Notes: generated from the sequence alone by a model not told the origin. Shown: positions 38,710 to 51,339, counted from the first letter of the stretch. The stretch is DNA of 64,000 nucleotides from Carcharhinus amblyrhynchos (GCA_965287045.1 OZ336890.1:19716001-19780000), one strand, 5' to 3'. Program-made: numbers and translations.

Positions 38710-41060
38710 GTAAATGCATAGATGGGGGTAGGTGGGTGGGGGCGGGGCGGGGCGGGGCGGGGGGGGGGGAGCAGTTGCACGGGGGTGGGGGGGCTGGGAA
38801 AACTCTGCCACTAGCCTGAACGCGTACACACACCCTTGGGTTATACTGTATGGTATATACAGAGAGAGAGAGGACCAAAAGTCGAGAGCTTTCGAAAGTA
38901 GAGTGGCTGCACAGTTTCGTAATGAAACTAGAATAGAAGGCTGCTATAAATGTGGTCGAAAGGATTGGAGAGTAGCCGGGATCGAGCGACTTAGCGAAGC
39001 ACATCCACCTCGAAATGTGTCAAGTTAAGATCCCCGCTACTACAAGGGAGGAAGGAGAGAGGGATCGATAATCAGCTGGTAGCGTTACGGCTCCAAATAC
39101 CAGTATGTTTCCTGCCATGGTGGAAGTTGAAATTGTGCAGCAACATGTAAAGAAGCAATGATAAAATCTCAGAAATATCGGCGGAATAGATGCAGGGATA
39201 TAAAAGTTTTTTTAAAAAACGTTTTTAACCACTGCTGCGGTGGTGATGTAAGTGTTGATGCGATGTTCCAGATCGTAGCTAGATGGTGCATTCATCTCCG
39301 AAGTGAGACTCGGGTAAGGAGGTTCTAGGCTGTCAGAACACAGAACGTCCTTCTAGCTATAACCTGTTTTTAATGGCCTTCTCTCGCCACTTCTGCTCCC
39401 TGATGCACCTGCGGGTGCATTTTAAAGGAGCGATGCTTGTTGTGCCTGACGTTGCAACCTGCATAAATGGGCAGGAGACGCGGGGTTAGGTATCCTCTTT
39501 AATTAGGTACACGATAATCGATCTGACGGGTTACCATGGCTGCCTGCAATCATGTGAATAAATATAGTGGAGCTAGGCTGCGTGAAACCGGGTGGGAGGG
39601 ACAAAAAAGTTGCTTATCACTAGACCTTCGTAATATGGGGATAATTGGACTGGCAGCGGAGTCAGGGATACGTGTTATTTTACAGTAAGTTTAAATATTT
39701 GCATATTAGGCGAAAATGACTATTATCTTGGTTTAAATGCGATTAACGAGACCCTGCAGGACAAGAGGAGGGCCAGTGATTGCAACAGCAATATCCTTTC
39801 TCTCCCGCTGCCAGTTACAAGACGGTTGCAATTACTCAAAATTAGCTAACCAATAACTTCTGCATATTTTGACTGAGTTGCAGGAGCACTGAACATATAA
39901 CACCAATAAAATCCCCCCACTTTGTGTAAAAAAGGCAACTTTAATCATTGCACTTCTCAATGTAGTGATTGCCAAAGTATCCCTGTACTTGGTATGTTGC
40001 ATTCGAGGTCCTTTTATGGTAGTAAGAATGCAAAAGTCTGATTTCAATTAATTCAACAGTACAGTTTCACACTGAGAGATTTAATACAAAGCATTGGAGT
40101 CCTATGCAGAAAAATCAATTATCAAAAACAACTGATGCATGCTCAATGGCATAATTGCATACTGACTTAAATTCATTTAACAGTGATAAATGGATAGTAT
40201 GAAATGTCACAAAAACATTAGTGAACTGTACAAGGGAGCCAAAGAGAAAAGGAGTGAGTTGTTATCCTGGCTCAAAGTTGATATTCGATTTTTTTTTGAA
40301 TGTATACATTACGTTACAACAAAACCACAGTTATTAGCAAACTGATGAGAATTAATGATTGTTTCTTACTTTTAGGATTCATGTGCTGATATTTTGATTG
40401 TTCATTGCTGTGTAATGCTGTGGTACAGTTGAAACAGCTCTATGTATTAATATATTGGACATCTCAGAATGTACTTTAGAGTGATTTTGAATTAATATTC
40501 CATTTATGTATGCAAAATTTGGCAATGAGTAGAGAAAGGCATATAATAAATTGGAATATGAGCAGTAAATGAAAAGTGGTGGCTCTTTCAAACTATGCGG
40601 ATATAGGAATAAGAAGGGTTATCCTGAATGTGAGCTTGTTAGATCACACAAGATTTTTTCAGAGCCAGATTTGGCCACTGAAAAGCAATTGAGATTGCCC
40701 TCTCACTAAAGGTTTACAAAGCATTATTACAATTATAGACCATTGTGTGGGCAGTTTACTTGTTATATAAACTCCTTTATAGCACCCCTCTCCACAATAA
40801 AATGCAAAACTTGATTCTGCATCACCAGTGACAATCTAATCTCAGTTGGCTACACAAATGTAAACATTTAATTAAAATTGTCAGAGTACTTAGTGAGTGT
40901 TTAAACTAAGAAGGTTTAGAGATAACATGTATAATATAGTGAAACCAAAGATTGCAAGTCTTTTTGGGGTTGGGAGCAGAAAACAGTTCTTAAAATGATT
41001 AGTAATTTAATTATTGTAAGTGACTATAATGCTAACCTCTCTTTTAACCAATGACCACAG

Positions 41061-41127
41061 GGAAAGACAAGAGCAGTCAATGGGCTATCGTAAGCGAGGA
41101 CCAAAGCCCAAACACCTACTGGTTCAG
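41061..41127 (+). CDS. CBX4: CBX4 exon 4 (AT-hook-like motif)
   Basis: Acceptor gaccacag; ERQEQSMGYRKRGPKPKHLLVQ; donor CAG/gtaata; phases consistent with exons 3 and 5. Confidence 0.96.
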
Positions 41128-42082
41128 GTAATATTATCTGTCTAATGCTCATTTGTGTGTTAAATATGAACCAGATTTGAGCAATCTATCACATACTATC
41201 TGCCTTCATATAATCAAATTGAATTCAGTTTCACAAATATATTCTCAGCCACCTTGTATACTTACTTAGAGCAGGCAGTTGTGAAATGTCAGTGTAATAT
41301 TATAAAATAATGTTGACATAGATCTTAGAACACAAGGGAGCCTGTTGCTGAAAGGCATAAATAGATCTGGAAAAACAGATGCACATTCGAGTATAAAATT
41401 AACTGAATTTATTTTATTTCAACTATAATATTGTTTTGAAAATAACATATAAAGCATGTTTAAATAGTAGATTTCATGCTGCCAGATACAGATCAGTAGA
41501 TTTTCAATCTCTTAATGATCCCAATTTGCAAATGCAATCACATCCATCTAAAACAACCAGGCACTGGTTCATTTTTTTAATGGATTCATAAATGAATAGT
41601 GAGTATTCAAAGCAACATCGACCGTAAGTAACCAAAAACAGCGTCCCTCTTCAGGGACACCAACTTCAAGCTGGTGTCCATTGCTGCCGAACGTTTGGTG
41701 CTCACGGTTGAATGGGTTAGTAACAACTGTTGTGATGGAGTGGCTGCTGGTTGCTTTGATACAACAACCAAGAAGAAACCAATGGTTGGCTCCACGCATG
41801 GGTTCCTCCTCAACATATAAAGCGTATTGACAGTGGAATCGACCTTGCCTCTCCTCAGCTGGGAATGGAATCTGGCAGGCCGGTGAAGTGAGACAGATAA
41901 AGGTGAAAATGTAACCCATTTCTCTTTTGGGCCTTGCACCAAAGGCAAAACCCCCATTTCAATGACGATTGGATAAATGAAGATCTGCTCGCCAGATTTA
42001 AGTTGTAGTCTTGCCTTTTAATTAATTGACTACTTACCAGAATTTGAAACCCAAATAATAATCATCTATTCTTCATTTGCAG

Positions 42083-43486
42083 CTGCCAGCTTTTGCTCGT
42101 CGCTCGAATGTTCCCTCGGAGCTGCAGGATCCGAGTGTGGATGAAGAGCGGTCCAAGAACGATATCCAGCAGCCGCCCATCAAACGGCAATACCAACTAA
42201 ACAGCAAAAAGCTTCACCAGTACAAGCCCTGTAACACTGAGGAACAACGCCAGCATCAAGCTACTAAACACTTCTACCAGCTCAACAGCAAGAAGCATCA
42301 CCATTATCAGCCGGACATCATGTACCCCAATCAACAGGCCGACTCTCACCGAAGCGAAACTGAAGTGAACCACGAACAGCATCAACCTATTCCGGAGCAG
42401 GAAGCAGAGCAGCATAGCTTTCTAAAGAATGGGAATCACAGCCCCGCTGTAGGTATGGAGAAGTCTGAAGTCAAGGAGATGGATTCGAAATCCGGGAACG
42501 GGCCAGAACTAGACAAGGAAAGTGTGAAAAACAATGGCATGAATGGTAGAATGAAGATAGTTAAAAATAAAAACAAGAACGGTAGGATTGTAATAGTCAT
42601 GAGCAAATACATGGATAATGGGATCCAGTCGGCGAAGGATAAACACAGTAAGAACGGGGAAGGAGGGAATGAGTCAGTGGCGAGCAAGACTGGAGACCGG
42701 GAGCTGTGGATAGTTAAAAACGGATATGGCAAAACGGTTGCGGCGGAGGACAGAGTAGAAAGGGGCGAGGATAATAATGCTACAAATGGGAAGCAAGAGA
42801 CCGCTAAGACTCGGAATGGCAACAAAGAGGCGGAGGCCGATAAGAATGGTTATTTTAGGACTTTGGTGGCTAAAGAGGCGGTAGCTGCAGCGCCAAATAA
42901 AAATATGAACGGGGAGGTAGCGGAGAAAGGGAGTGTCCAGATAGCAAGTGGGAAGGAGATGAGGACTCAGAAGGAAGCCTCGGGGCAGGAGCAGTGTGAA
43001 CCGGCAGCTCCAGTGCGATGGGCCTGTGATTCGGAGGTTTCCAGGAGGGATGGCTTATACTCCAAACTGTCCAAGTCCAGGAAACGCTATTTGTCCGAAC
43101 CCATCGTGGAGAAAGAGGCCAAGAAACCCACGACGTGCAGAAGCATCAGTGTCCCGGGAAGCGCAGTCCAGCTGGAGCAGGAGGATCTCATTGAGCTGCA
43201 GGGGATCGATAGTTATCGGAATGAGGGGATTGATGGCTCTTTGCACTCAAATCCTGAGCAGCCAATCGATTTGAGCTGTGTAAAGTCCAGGCCAGAGCCC
43301 CAGAAGGCGGCGGCGGCGGCGGCGGCGGCGCAGCAGCAGCCGGAGAGTGAGGAGAAAGACGGGAGGGCGAGGGGAGAGCAGCAATATCCATGGACTGGCC
43401 TCAAACCTTACCTGGGAAACCTGATAATCACAGATGTCACAGCGAACTGCCTCACGGTTACATTTAAGGAATATGTGACGGTGTGA
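42083..43486 (+). CDS. CBX4: CBX4 exon 5 (SIM, CtBP-binding motif, C-terminal Pc box)
   Basis: Acceptor cttcatttgcag; LPAFARRSNV, two YQLNSKK repeats, MKIVKNKNKNGRIVIVMSKYM, RKRYLSE, PIDLS, GNLIITDVTANCLTVTFKEYVTV-stop, all diagnostic of CBX4. Confidence 0.98.
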   Translation: MPAFARRSNVPSELQDPSVDEERSKNDIQQPPIKRQYQLNSKKLHQYKPCNTEEQRQHQATKHFYQLNSKKHHHYQPDIMYPNQQADSHRSETEVNHEQHQPIPEQEAEQHSFLKNGNHSPAVGMEKSEVKEMDSKSGNGPELDKESVKNNGMNGRMKIVKNKNKNGRIVIVMSKYMDNGIQSAKDKHSKNGEGGNESVASKTGDRELWIVKNGYGKTVAAEDRVERGEDNNATNGKQETAKTRNGNKEAEADKNGYFRTLVAKEAVAAAPNKNMNGEVAEKGSVQIASGKEMRTQKEASGQEQCEPAAPVRWACDSEVSRRDGLYSKLSKSRKRYLSEPIVEKEAKKPTTCRSISVPGSAVQLEQEDLIELQGIDSYRNEGIDGSLHSNPEQPIDLSCVKSRPEPQKAAAAAAAAQQQPESEEKDGRARGEQQYPWTGLKPYLGNLIITDVTANCLTVTFKEYVTV

Positions 43487-44275
43487 AGGAAACTTCAGGC
43501 GGATTTAGAAAGCAGGCAGAGATGTGTAGAGTAAATGCACTCTTTAACCCAAATCTCCGTTCTTGACACTGAAGATGTATGCAATTTTATTTATACACGG
43601 GCACATTATATATGTAGAAGTGAATATGTGTCCGGAGTTAAACTGGACAGAGCGGCAGCAAGGAGCACCGAATAAACTGCTTCCTTAAATCTGGATTTTT
43701 AATTTTTTAAAAGCAAAATCTTAAAATAATAAAACCACATTATTAGATGTTTGATACATTATTTCAATTTTTAATCCAATGTCAGATATATTGAATATTT
43801 GTGATAATATGTGTGCTATTTAAATGTGCAGATTCTTTGTATTTCTGTCTGTTTGATATTTCTGAAGCTGGCGAGCTTGTGCTGCTATGATAGAAATGTA
43901 TTTTTTTTGTGCTTGAATGTAAATATGTGATAAACGCCTTTAAAACACCGGACTCGCTGTTGCAGCAGGGCGACAGTCAATAAGGCCATGGAAGAATGTT
44001 GATATTCTGTTTTGTATCTCCGGGACGCCATTTTTGATCTGGCGTTTCTTATTACCAGCCGAAAGTGAATAAGAAATTCTATGAAATAAGACTGAGTCAT
44101 ATTATTAATTTGTGCCGCGAAATGTATAAGTCAATATAGTGTCATCGTGAAGCCACTCTCTCGAAGGACTCTGGTACTGTCTCTGAGTGAATGAAACTCG
44201 AACGTTTCCTTTGAAATCTTACTGCAGATATTTTAAAGTAACATTTTTTTATTAAAACAAGTCATACTGCGTGTA
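43487..44275 (+). other. CBX4: CBX4 3' UTR with candidate polyadenylation signals
   Basis: AATAAA at 43671 and 43728; ATTAAA at 44251 followed by GT-rich sequence; AU-rich; miRNA seed matches. True end is uncertain. Confidence 0.6.
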
Positions 44276-46289
44276 GCTGTGGTTACCAGCTGGCGTCATT
44301 TCTCGGAAGCCACAGTTTGATATGTGTCATATTGACAAACGGTGCAGATTAAAATAGTCAAGGAGGCAACATCCTGTGACTTGGAGCGAAGTAACTACAT
44401 CAAAGTACCATTGCCCTTCAGGCCCCTGAGCCAGGAATTCATTGCTTCTTCTCAGGGTGTGCGACATCGAAGTGACTGTTACCCTCTCGGGGCATTTATC
44501 TGAAAATGGAATTATTGAGAATACATGGCTATCTTAATCCCGGACAAGGCCACCGTTTTACCAACTGATCGTGAAACTATCTTTAAAACGAAGTACCAAA
44601 GTACCACGTTAATCCCCACTTTGCATTATAAATACAGATCCAAGAACAAGGCTTTTGGAGTTTCCAGAAACCTATTCTCATTTAAGTCACTGCTATAGCT
44701 AGAAACTGGGTAAATGTGATTATTGGCGTGTCTAAGGACCAGAAGAGGAAAATAAGTAAATTCAAGAGCTGTCTCGAAAAGAGAACATTATTGAGTGCCC
44801 CCCCGCCTCGCCTCCCGTCCCTTTATTAGTAAATTAAGTATCGAAGCAGTTTTAGTACAAAAAGTTGATGGTTTGAGGTAAGGTGTTTTTGAGAAACACA
44901 TGGTGAAAATCTTTACAATCCGGATCGGCTTGGAAAGCCAAGAAGAGGAGCCAAATTTGGTCAGATGATCTAAGAAGGAGAGAGAAGTAAGCGAGATATT
45001 TGGTGTCAACTTGGTACTTGGATGAGACGTTTGTAAGGCTGCAATCAGTAGAAAGCCCCTAACAGACATAACAAATTAATAGATTTTTGAGTTTTCCAAA
45101 GTGTTGTTATAGACTGGCCAACTAGCCATGGCCTATACAGCAGTAAGTTTGAAATTCTAGACACTTTGCCTCAGACAGCTGTAAGCTGGCCCTACCTTGG
45201 ACCAGTATGAATTTAGCCATTTATACTCCAGCAACGTCTTTACAGATGCTTGGTAGTTCCTAAGTCTGACTGTTGCCGACCTGTGTCACCATGTTCTGTC
45301 CTTAGATATGTTCTGTAAGGGGACCGAATCAACATTCCGTGTCAGACAAATGGAAAATATTGACTTCGTCGGTGTTTTGGTGTGGAGATACAGTGTGGAA
45401 TTCTATATACACCACGAGACAAATGGCATTGTCAACCAAAACCAATCAAAGTGAAAAAGTAGTGAGAATAGACAAGACATAGTCAATACAGCAGAGCCTG
45501 AGGATCAAACTGCGGCTGTTAATCCTGACTCCCCAGGCGTCACAGTCCAACATAAGCTTACACATCTTATTTCCTGGCTCATTCTGTTTGAACTTTGTGC
45601 TACTGGAGATTTGCAAAGGGCTGGTTTCATGATTGTGCTTGAGAAATCTTGAATTTGAACCAGAGTCCCACCAACATTAGCAGCTTGAGAAAGCCGAAAA
45701 TGCAAACATGGACGTAATCTATATGTTCCACTCCTGAGAGCTTGTGGTAGCATCTCCGCAGCCCAGAAGACAATGACCGGAGAACTAAATAGTATCAACA
45801 CAGCAGAAATCTTCTTTCATGCGCCTTCGGAAAACCAAATACACATTTGATAACGGCAACCAAATCATGTGTGAGGCTGGTAGAAGTGTGTATACTCCTT
45901 TGAGTACTTTCTGACAGAAGTGCGTGCAGGTCTTTGAAGACTATCTGAACATTGTCTCCAGTACTTTCTTTGGGAAGAAGCGCGACTTTGATTTCTGATT
46001 ATAAAATTGCAGATCTACCAATCCATTGTGTGCAAAGCAAAATGCTTTGAACAATTGCATCGTTGGTATGTAGCACGCTCGGTGCATACTACCAATAAAG
46101 TATATAAATAGCATGAAGACGACACAAACCTGCACTCCCTAAATATAGAACAATTCGCACCATTTTCTTTTAGCCAGGATCTCCTTTTGCACCAATCACC
46201 TTCAGCCACCTCGACACTATGTTTAGTATGGTACTAAAAAGACGCTTGTGAATCTGTTGGATTTCAATTCTCTCACCAAGATTCGAGCT

Positions 46290-47640
46290 GGAAGTGAACT
46301 GGTGAAGGCAATATCTTACCCAGTCTCCCAGTCAGATCGGTGGAGATATTATCACCCAGTCAAACTGGTGAAGATAGTATCACCCAGCTTTATAGTTAAA
46401 CTGGTGGAGACAGTATCACCTAGCATAAGAACATAAGAAATAGGAGCAGGAGTAGTCCATCTAGCCCTTCGAGCCTGCCCCGCCATTCAATAAGATCATG
46501 GCTGATCTGAAGTGGATCAGTGCCACTTTCCCGCTTTCTCCCCATAACCCTTAATTCCTTGTCTGTCAAAACCTATCTACCCGTGACTTAAATATATTTA
46601 GTGAGGTAGCCTCCACCACTTCAACGGGCAGAGAATTCCAGAGATTCACAACCCTTTGAGTGAAGAAGTTCCTCCTCAACTCCGATCTAAACTGCCCCCC
46701 CCTTACCTTGAGGTTGTGCCCTCTAGTCCTGCTGTCCTTTTTAAGCGGGAAGAATCTCTCTACCTCTACCCTATCCATCCCCTTCATTATCTTATACGTC
46801 CCTATAAGATCCCTCCTCATCCTTCTAAACTCCAACGAGTACAGACCCAGTCTATTTAGTCTCTCTTCATAGTCTAACCCCCTCATCTCCGGTATCAGCC
46901 TAGTGAACCTAGCGTCCCAGTAAAACTGGTGGAGACAGTATCACCCAACTTTCTAGTTAAACTGGTGGAGACAGTATCACCCAGTCTTCTAGTTAAACTG
47001 GTGGAGACAGTATCACCCAGTCTTCTAGTTAAACTGGTGGAGACAGTGTCACCCAGTCTTCTAGTTAAACTGGTGGAGACAGTATCACCCAGCCTTCTAG
47101 TTAAACTGGTGGAGACAGTATCACCCAGCCTTCTAGTTAAACTGGTGGAGACAGTATCACCCAGCCTTCTAGTTAAACTGGTGGAGACAGTGTCACCCAG
47201 TCTTCTAGTTAAACTGGTGGAGACAATTTCATCTAGTCTCCCAGTTACACTGGTGGAGACAGTATCACCCTATCTCCCAGTCAAATTGGTGGAAACAATA
47301 TGAGCCAGTCTTCTAGTTAAACGGGTGAACATAGCCTCACCCGGTCTCCCGGTTAATCTGGTGAACACAGTATCACCCAGTCGCTAGTTAAACTGGTGGA
47401 GACAGTATCACCCTGTCTTCTAGTTAAACGGGCAAACACAGTCTCACCCGGTCTCCCGAGTAATCTGATGAACACAGCATCATCCAGTCTCAAGTGAAAC
47501 TGGCGAACACTATCACCCAGTCTCCAGTTAAAACTGATGGAGAATGTATCACCCAGTCTCCCAGTTAAATTGGTGAACATAGTCTCACCCCGGTCTTGCA
47601 ATTGGTACACGTCCGGTTATCTGATCAATTTAAACCACCG
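46290..47640. repeat. 36-bp tandem repeat array, interrupted by a CR1
   Basis: Unit ctagttaaactggtggagacagtatcacccagtctt; near-perfect at about 46950-47220, degenerate at both edges. Confidence 0.95.
46425..46910 (-). mobile_element. Young 5'-truncated CR1 LINE
   Basis: ORF 46566-46886 (YEERLNRLGLYSLEFRRMRRDL...RTRGH...FFTQRVVNLWNSLP); (ttcttatg)n tail; acctagc at 46418-46424 and 46907-46913. Confidence 0.95.
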
Positions 47641-49021
47641 GAAAAGCACGTGGCCATTTTGGTGGAAATTCGGTCGGGAGGCAGCGGGCGGGCGGTCAGA
47701 GGCTGTAAGGATGGTTCACTACCCAGGTTACTGCTAGCAAGAAAACCAACACTGCTAGGGTAAAAACGAAACAACTGGGATATACCCTTATTTGACAAAC
47801 GCGAATGGTGAGATTGCTCTCTGGTTGGGGAGATGTAAATTCTGCATTTCTCAGCAGTTCACTCCCGGAGTGAGATCAGATCATGGGACACCACATACAC
47901 ATCTCTCCTCTTATGAGATCATCTTTCAAGCATGCCACTTCGCATGAATGTTTGAGATGGTGCACATTTGACTAGTGTGTATGTAGCTCGAGACAAAGAG
48001 ATTTTCTGTGCAGCGTTTGAATAAACTCTTGGATATTTTAACCCATTCCAAAAGATTTTTTTCAAGGGGGAGGGGGATTTCCAATGGGACACGGAATGAC
48101 TGCCAATGTTACAAAATCGGGGCAATGTGGGGTCAGTGTTTATCGTGTCTTTAGCACACCGTTTAAACCCACTTAAACCAAAATTCGCCCACAGAAACAT
48201 TCAGTGCAAATCATTCCCTTCAAACGTTCCGTAATTAAATGGGTGAAGGACGGCACTGCGGACTGCACAAGCTCGAATTTTAGCCGTGGAAGCGGGAGAT
48301 AAGATGCGTGACGGATACCCTGTAGATTGTAGAATGAAAGCGGGCGGTGTACTGGAAAACTGAATCAGCTGCTGATCTTGTTGCGAGATATCATGTGTCA
48401 ATTCATAACTCAACATTTCACTTCCTAAGGTGGCATCAACACGTTTTCAGGAGCCCCCGAAGGCGCTTCACACTGGCGTACAGTCAATCCGGACACGGCT
48501 CTCCCACAGAAAGCAAACCAAGTGAGCCGTCAGTGTGTGCTGAGTGAGTGAGCAATGTGAGGCAGATTTGTTGCTGCTGTTGTATCCGTTTAGTGTCATC
48601 CGCCCAGGTTTTAACCTGGGGGAGCAGGGTTCCCGGACGATGCAGCACTCCCCTTAGTGCTGCACTGGAGCAGCAGCAGAGAGCAGGATCTGAAGCCGCA
48701 ATCTCCCATATCACACAGTCACTGCAGGAAACAGGTTCTGCTCAGTCAAGTCAACATCCGAATTTGGACGGAGTTGATTAACGACAGTTTCTCTCCTCCG
48801 CCTGGGGTGGTTGTTAAGCCTTACTGGGGTGGGGAGCGGGGGGGGGGGGAGTTTGCAAAATGGTAGACATTTCCTAAAGGAGTTTGTGGGGAATGGGTTG
48901 TTGTGTTTGATGGAGCTAGTTGCTGTAATGGTTGGAGCGGAACCACAATTCCCGCTCAGTTCCCCCGGGACTGGAACTGACCTAGTGAACAACAGGTACT
49001 CGCAAGGCAAGCTTTAAAGGG

Positions 49022-49153
49022 GACTAAAACACTGCGGATGCTGGAATCTGAATCAAAAACAGAAAATGCTGGAAAACCTCAGCAGGTCTGGCAGCATCAG
49101 TGGAGAGAGAATAGAGCCAACATTTCAAGTCTAGATAACCCTTCGCCAGGGAG
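49022..49153 (-). mobile_element. Penelope-like short insert with decayed hammerhead motif
   Basis: Same family as 26481; minus strand CTGGCGA A GGGTT ATCTA GACTT GAAATGTT GGCT; approximate TSD tttaaa(a)gggg. Confidence 0.7.
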
Positions 49154-50954
49154 TTTAAAAGGGGCTTCCTGGTCGCTGAACACCCGGTAAGTTAGGTTCC
49201 CATTCTCGAGAATTCATCGGGCCCTTCAATTCATCTAACCTGCCTCTTTCAGACTTCACAATTCCACATGGACAGCAGACTCTTCCGTTGCCCCAAACAA
49301 CACTCACTGCCTCCCCGCTCATTTTCAACAACAATCTTGATGTAGCCCGTGTGTAAACTAATCTCCCATTACCCTCCCAAGAAGGTGCATAGTGGACTCG
49401 AGTGGCCAACTCCCCTCTCTCTCTCTGCTCAGATACAGGCAGACCTACTGAGAGTTCCCCAACACTTTCTGTTCGGATCCCACTCTTCTCCCTCTCTGTA
49501 CATATATAATAAAACACATTTCCTCGATTAGATTCACAGTTTTGGGTTTCACACTGGGTGGTGGTTCAGGGTATTCCCCTGGTGAGAGGACATTTCCCCA
49601 AAGAAAAACCTTGTTTCCAGCCCAGATTTTAGAAATATTATTCTTATCCCACGATTCCATTAAGAATCCCCATTGCAAACCCCTAACCTCGCAATATTGC
49701 ACTAACACCTACCCCTAACAAGGTATTTTTTTAAAAAAATTCCAATCTAGAATCTTTCCACTTCCTCCCCCGCCTCTCCCTCAATCTGTGTCCAGAGCTG
49801 ATATGTTGGTGGAAACGTGCCCCAGCCGACATAGCAGGCAGCCAATGTCACCCTTTATAGAAAGGACGGTCTTTTTTAAAATGCAGGTTCGGACCTGGAG
49901 TAACTTCACCGCCGGTGTCCCTGTTGCTCAGACACGGATTATGTCGGAAGGTCGGTCGCCATATTTCGGTCTCTAGGTGTCTGTCTGCAACCGTGACTCC
50001 AGAACAGAGAGGCTTTCAAACCAAGGGGAGGCTCAGGGAGCTGCTGTGTAGTGAAACGCGCAAAAAATGTACCTGACCTGATTATTAATATTAATGAGGC
50101 GATCTTTCCAGCACTGGTCTACTTTGCTATTTTGGGTGATAGTGTAATATGGAAACCGCGAATTCCAATACACTGGAACAATGGCCGGCTTGCTCGGCGC
50201 CAGCTTAGCTTTCTCTGCCCATCTCCAGCCATTTACTCTGGCTGTAAACTTATTTCATCATTCCCCCTAATCATGATTAGATGTTGGAAATATGTCCGTC
50301 CAAAGCTGCCGCTTCATGGTTCCTTTGTGAGGCGTCGTAAAATAAACTGAATTCATGTTCTGGGCAGCGGAGGTTGGTTTGTTTTAAGTTAAAAATAGTA
50401 CAGCTTTAAAAGGCGATTTGGATTTTCAGACATTTTCCCTCGATTCTTTCATGTCACGCAGTCCTTCTCAAACACAGTGGGCATTCAAACATTTACATTC
50501 ATGATTAAGTGCATTTGATCATAAAAAATATCGCGGCAAATCTCCGAGTCTCCTTTTAATAACAGAATTGTTGTGCCACCCTTAGGACTGGTAACCTTCA
50601 CCTAGAAATAACCGCGCCCTGTGGACAAATATGTAACGAATCAATTCACAAACAATCGTGTTGTGAAAACTCGTGGTGAGTCCTATTTGACGTTACATTG
50701 GAACGGAAACGATTAAATTCACCTGACATCTTAATGCTAAAGAAAATTCGCGTGTTAAAGACTTTTAAAAGAAATTCCCTTTGAAAAATAAATAGGTCGA
50801 CCAATAAAGCAAATACCTAGAAAAATCAGTGATGTAACCAGTGGTCAGTTGCCAGAGGATGCTCAAATTACGTAAATTGAACTCCATATGGAAAGTGAGC
50901 TTCTCCTTAGCCGATTAGAAAATGTTTACTCCAGTGTACCTGTGGTATATGTAT

Positions 50955-51125
50955 TAGAACCTAAGAAATAGGAGCTATTTGTCCCTTCGAGCCTTCTGCA
51001 TCATTCAATAAGATCTTCTACCTGAACTCCAACAACTCCTGACGATCTATTCATATCCCTGAATCCCTTAGTACCCCGAATCCATCTTGAATAGACCGAA
51101 CCACTGAGCTTCCACAGACCTCTGG
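50955..51125 (-). mobile_element. CR1 3' tail fragment
   Basis: taagaaataggagc...cccttcgagcc...cattcaataagatc is homologous to 46430-46500. Confidence 0.7.
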
Positions 51126-51339
51126 GTATATCAGAGGAGTGGTTCATATCTGGAGATACCATATATTAATCACATTTGTACATTTAAGGTGCATTGTACA
51201 ACTGACGTATATAGACAATAGACTATATCTGAGCCATACTCTGTATCTGTGATATTCTGTATTTTTGTATTAAATATATATTTGAGGTATACCATATATC
51301 AGGATGAAGTATACAGTATATTGTGATGTTACGTAACAT

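Noticed and set aside
38197-39028. Long overlapping or antisense ORFs over CBX4 exons 2-3 (e.g. 38318-39004 -)
   Set aside because: By-products of GC-rich and simple-repeat sequence; no recognisable domain.
42077-42082. ORF-track start for a single-exon 469-aa protein
   Set aside because: The TTG start lies in the splice acceptor; the exon begins at 42083 and joins four upstream exons.
41569-43404. Minus-strand ORFs in intron 4 and exon 5
   Set aside because: Antisense shadows or chance ORFs with no homology that I recognise.
46915-47300. CRISPR array or repeat protein (36-bp palindromic repeats; 124-aa ORF)
   Set aside because: Units are head-to-tail with no unique spacers, no cas genes, vertebrate context; the ORF follows from a unit length divisible by 3 and lacks an ATG start or splice support.
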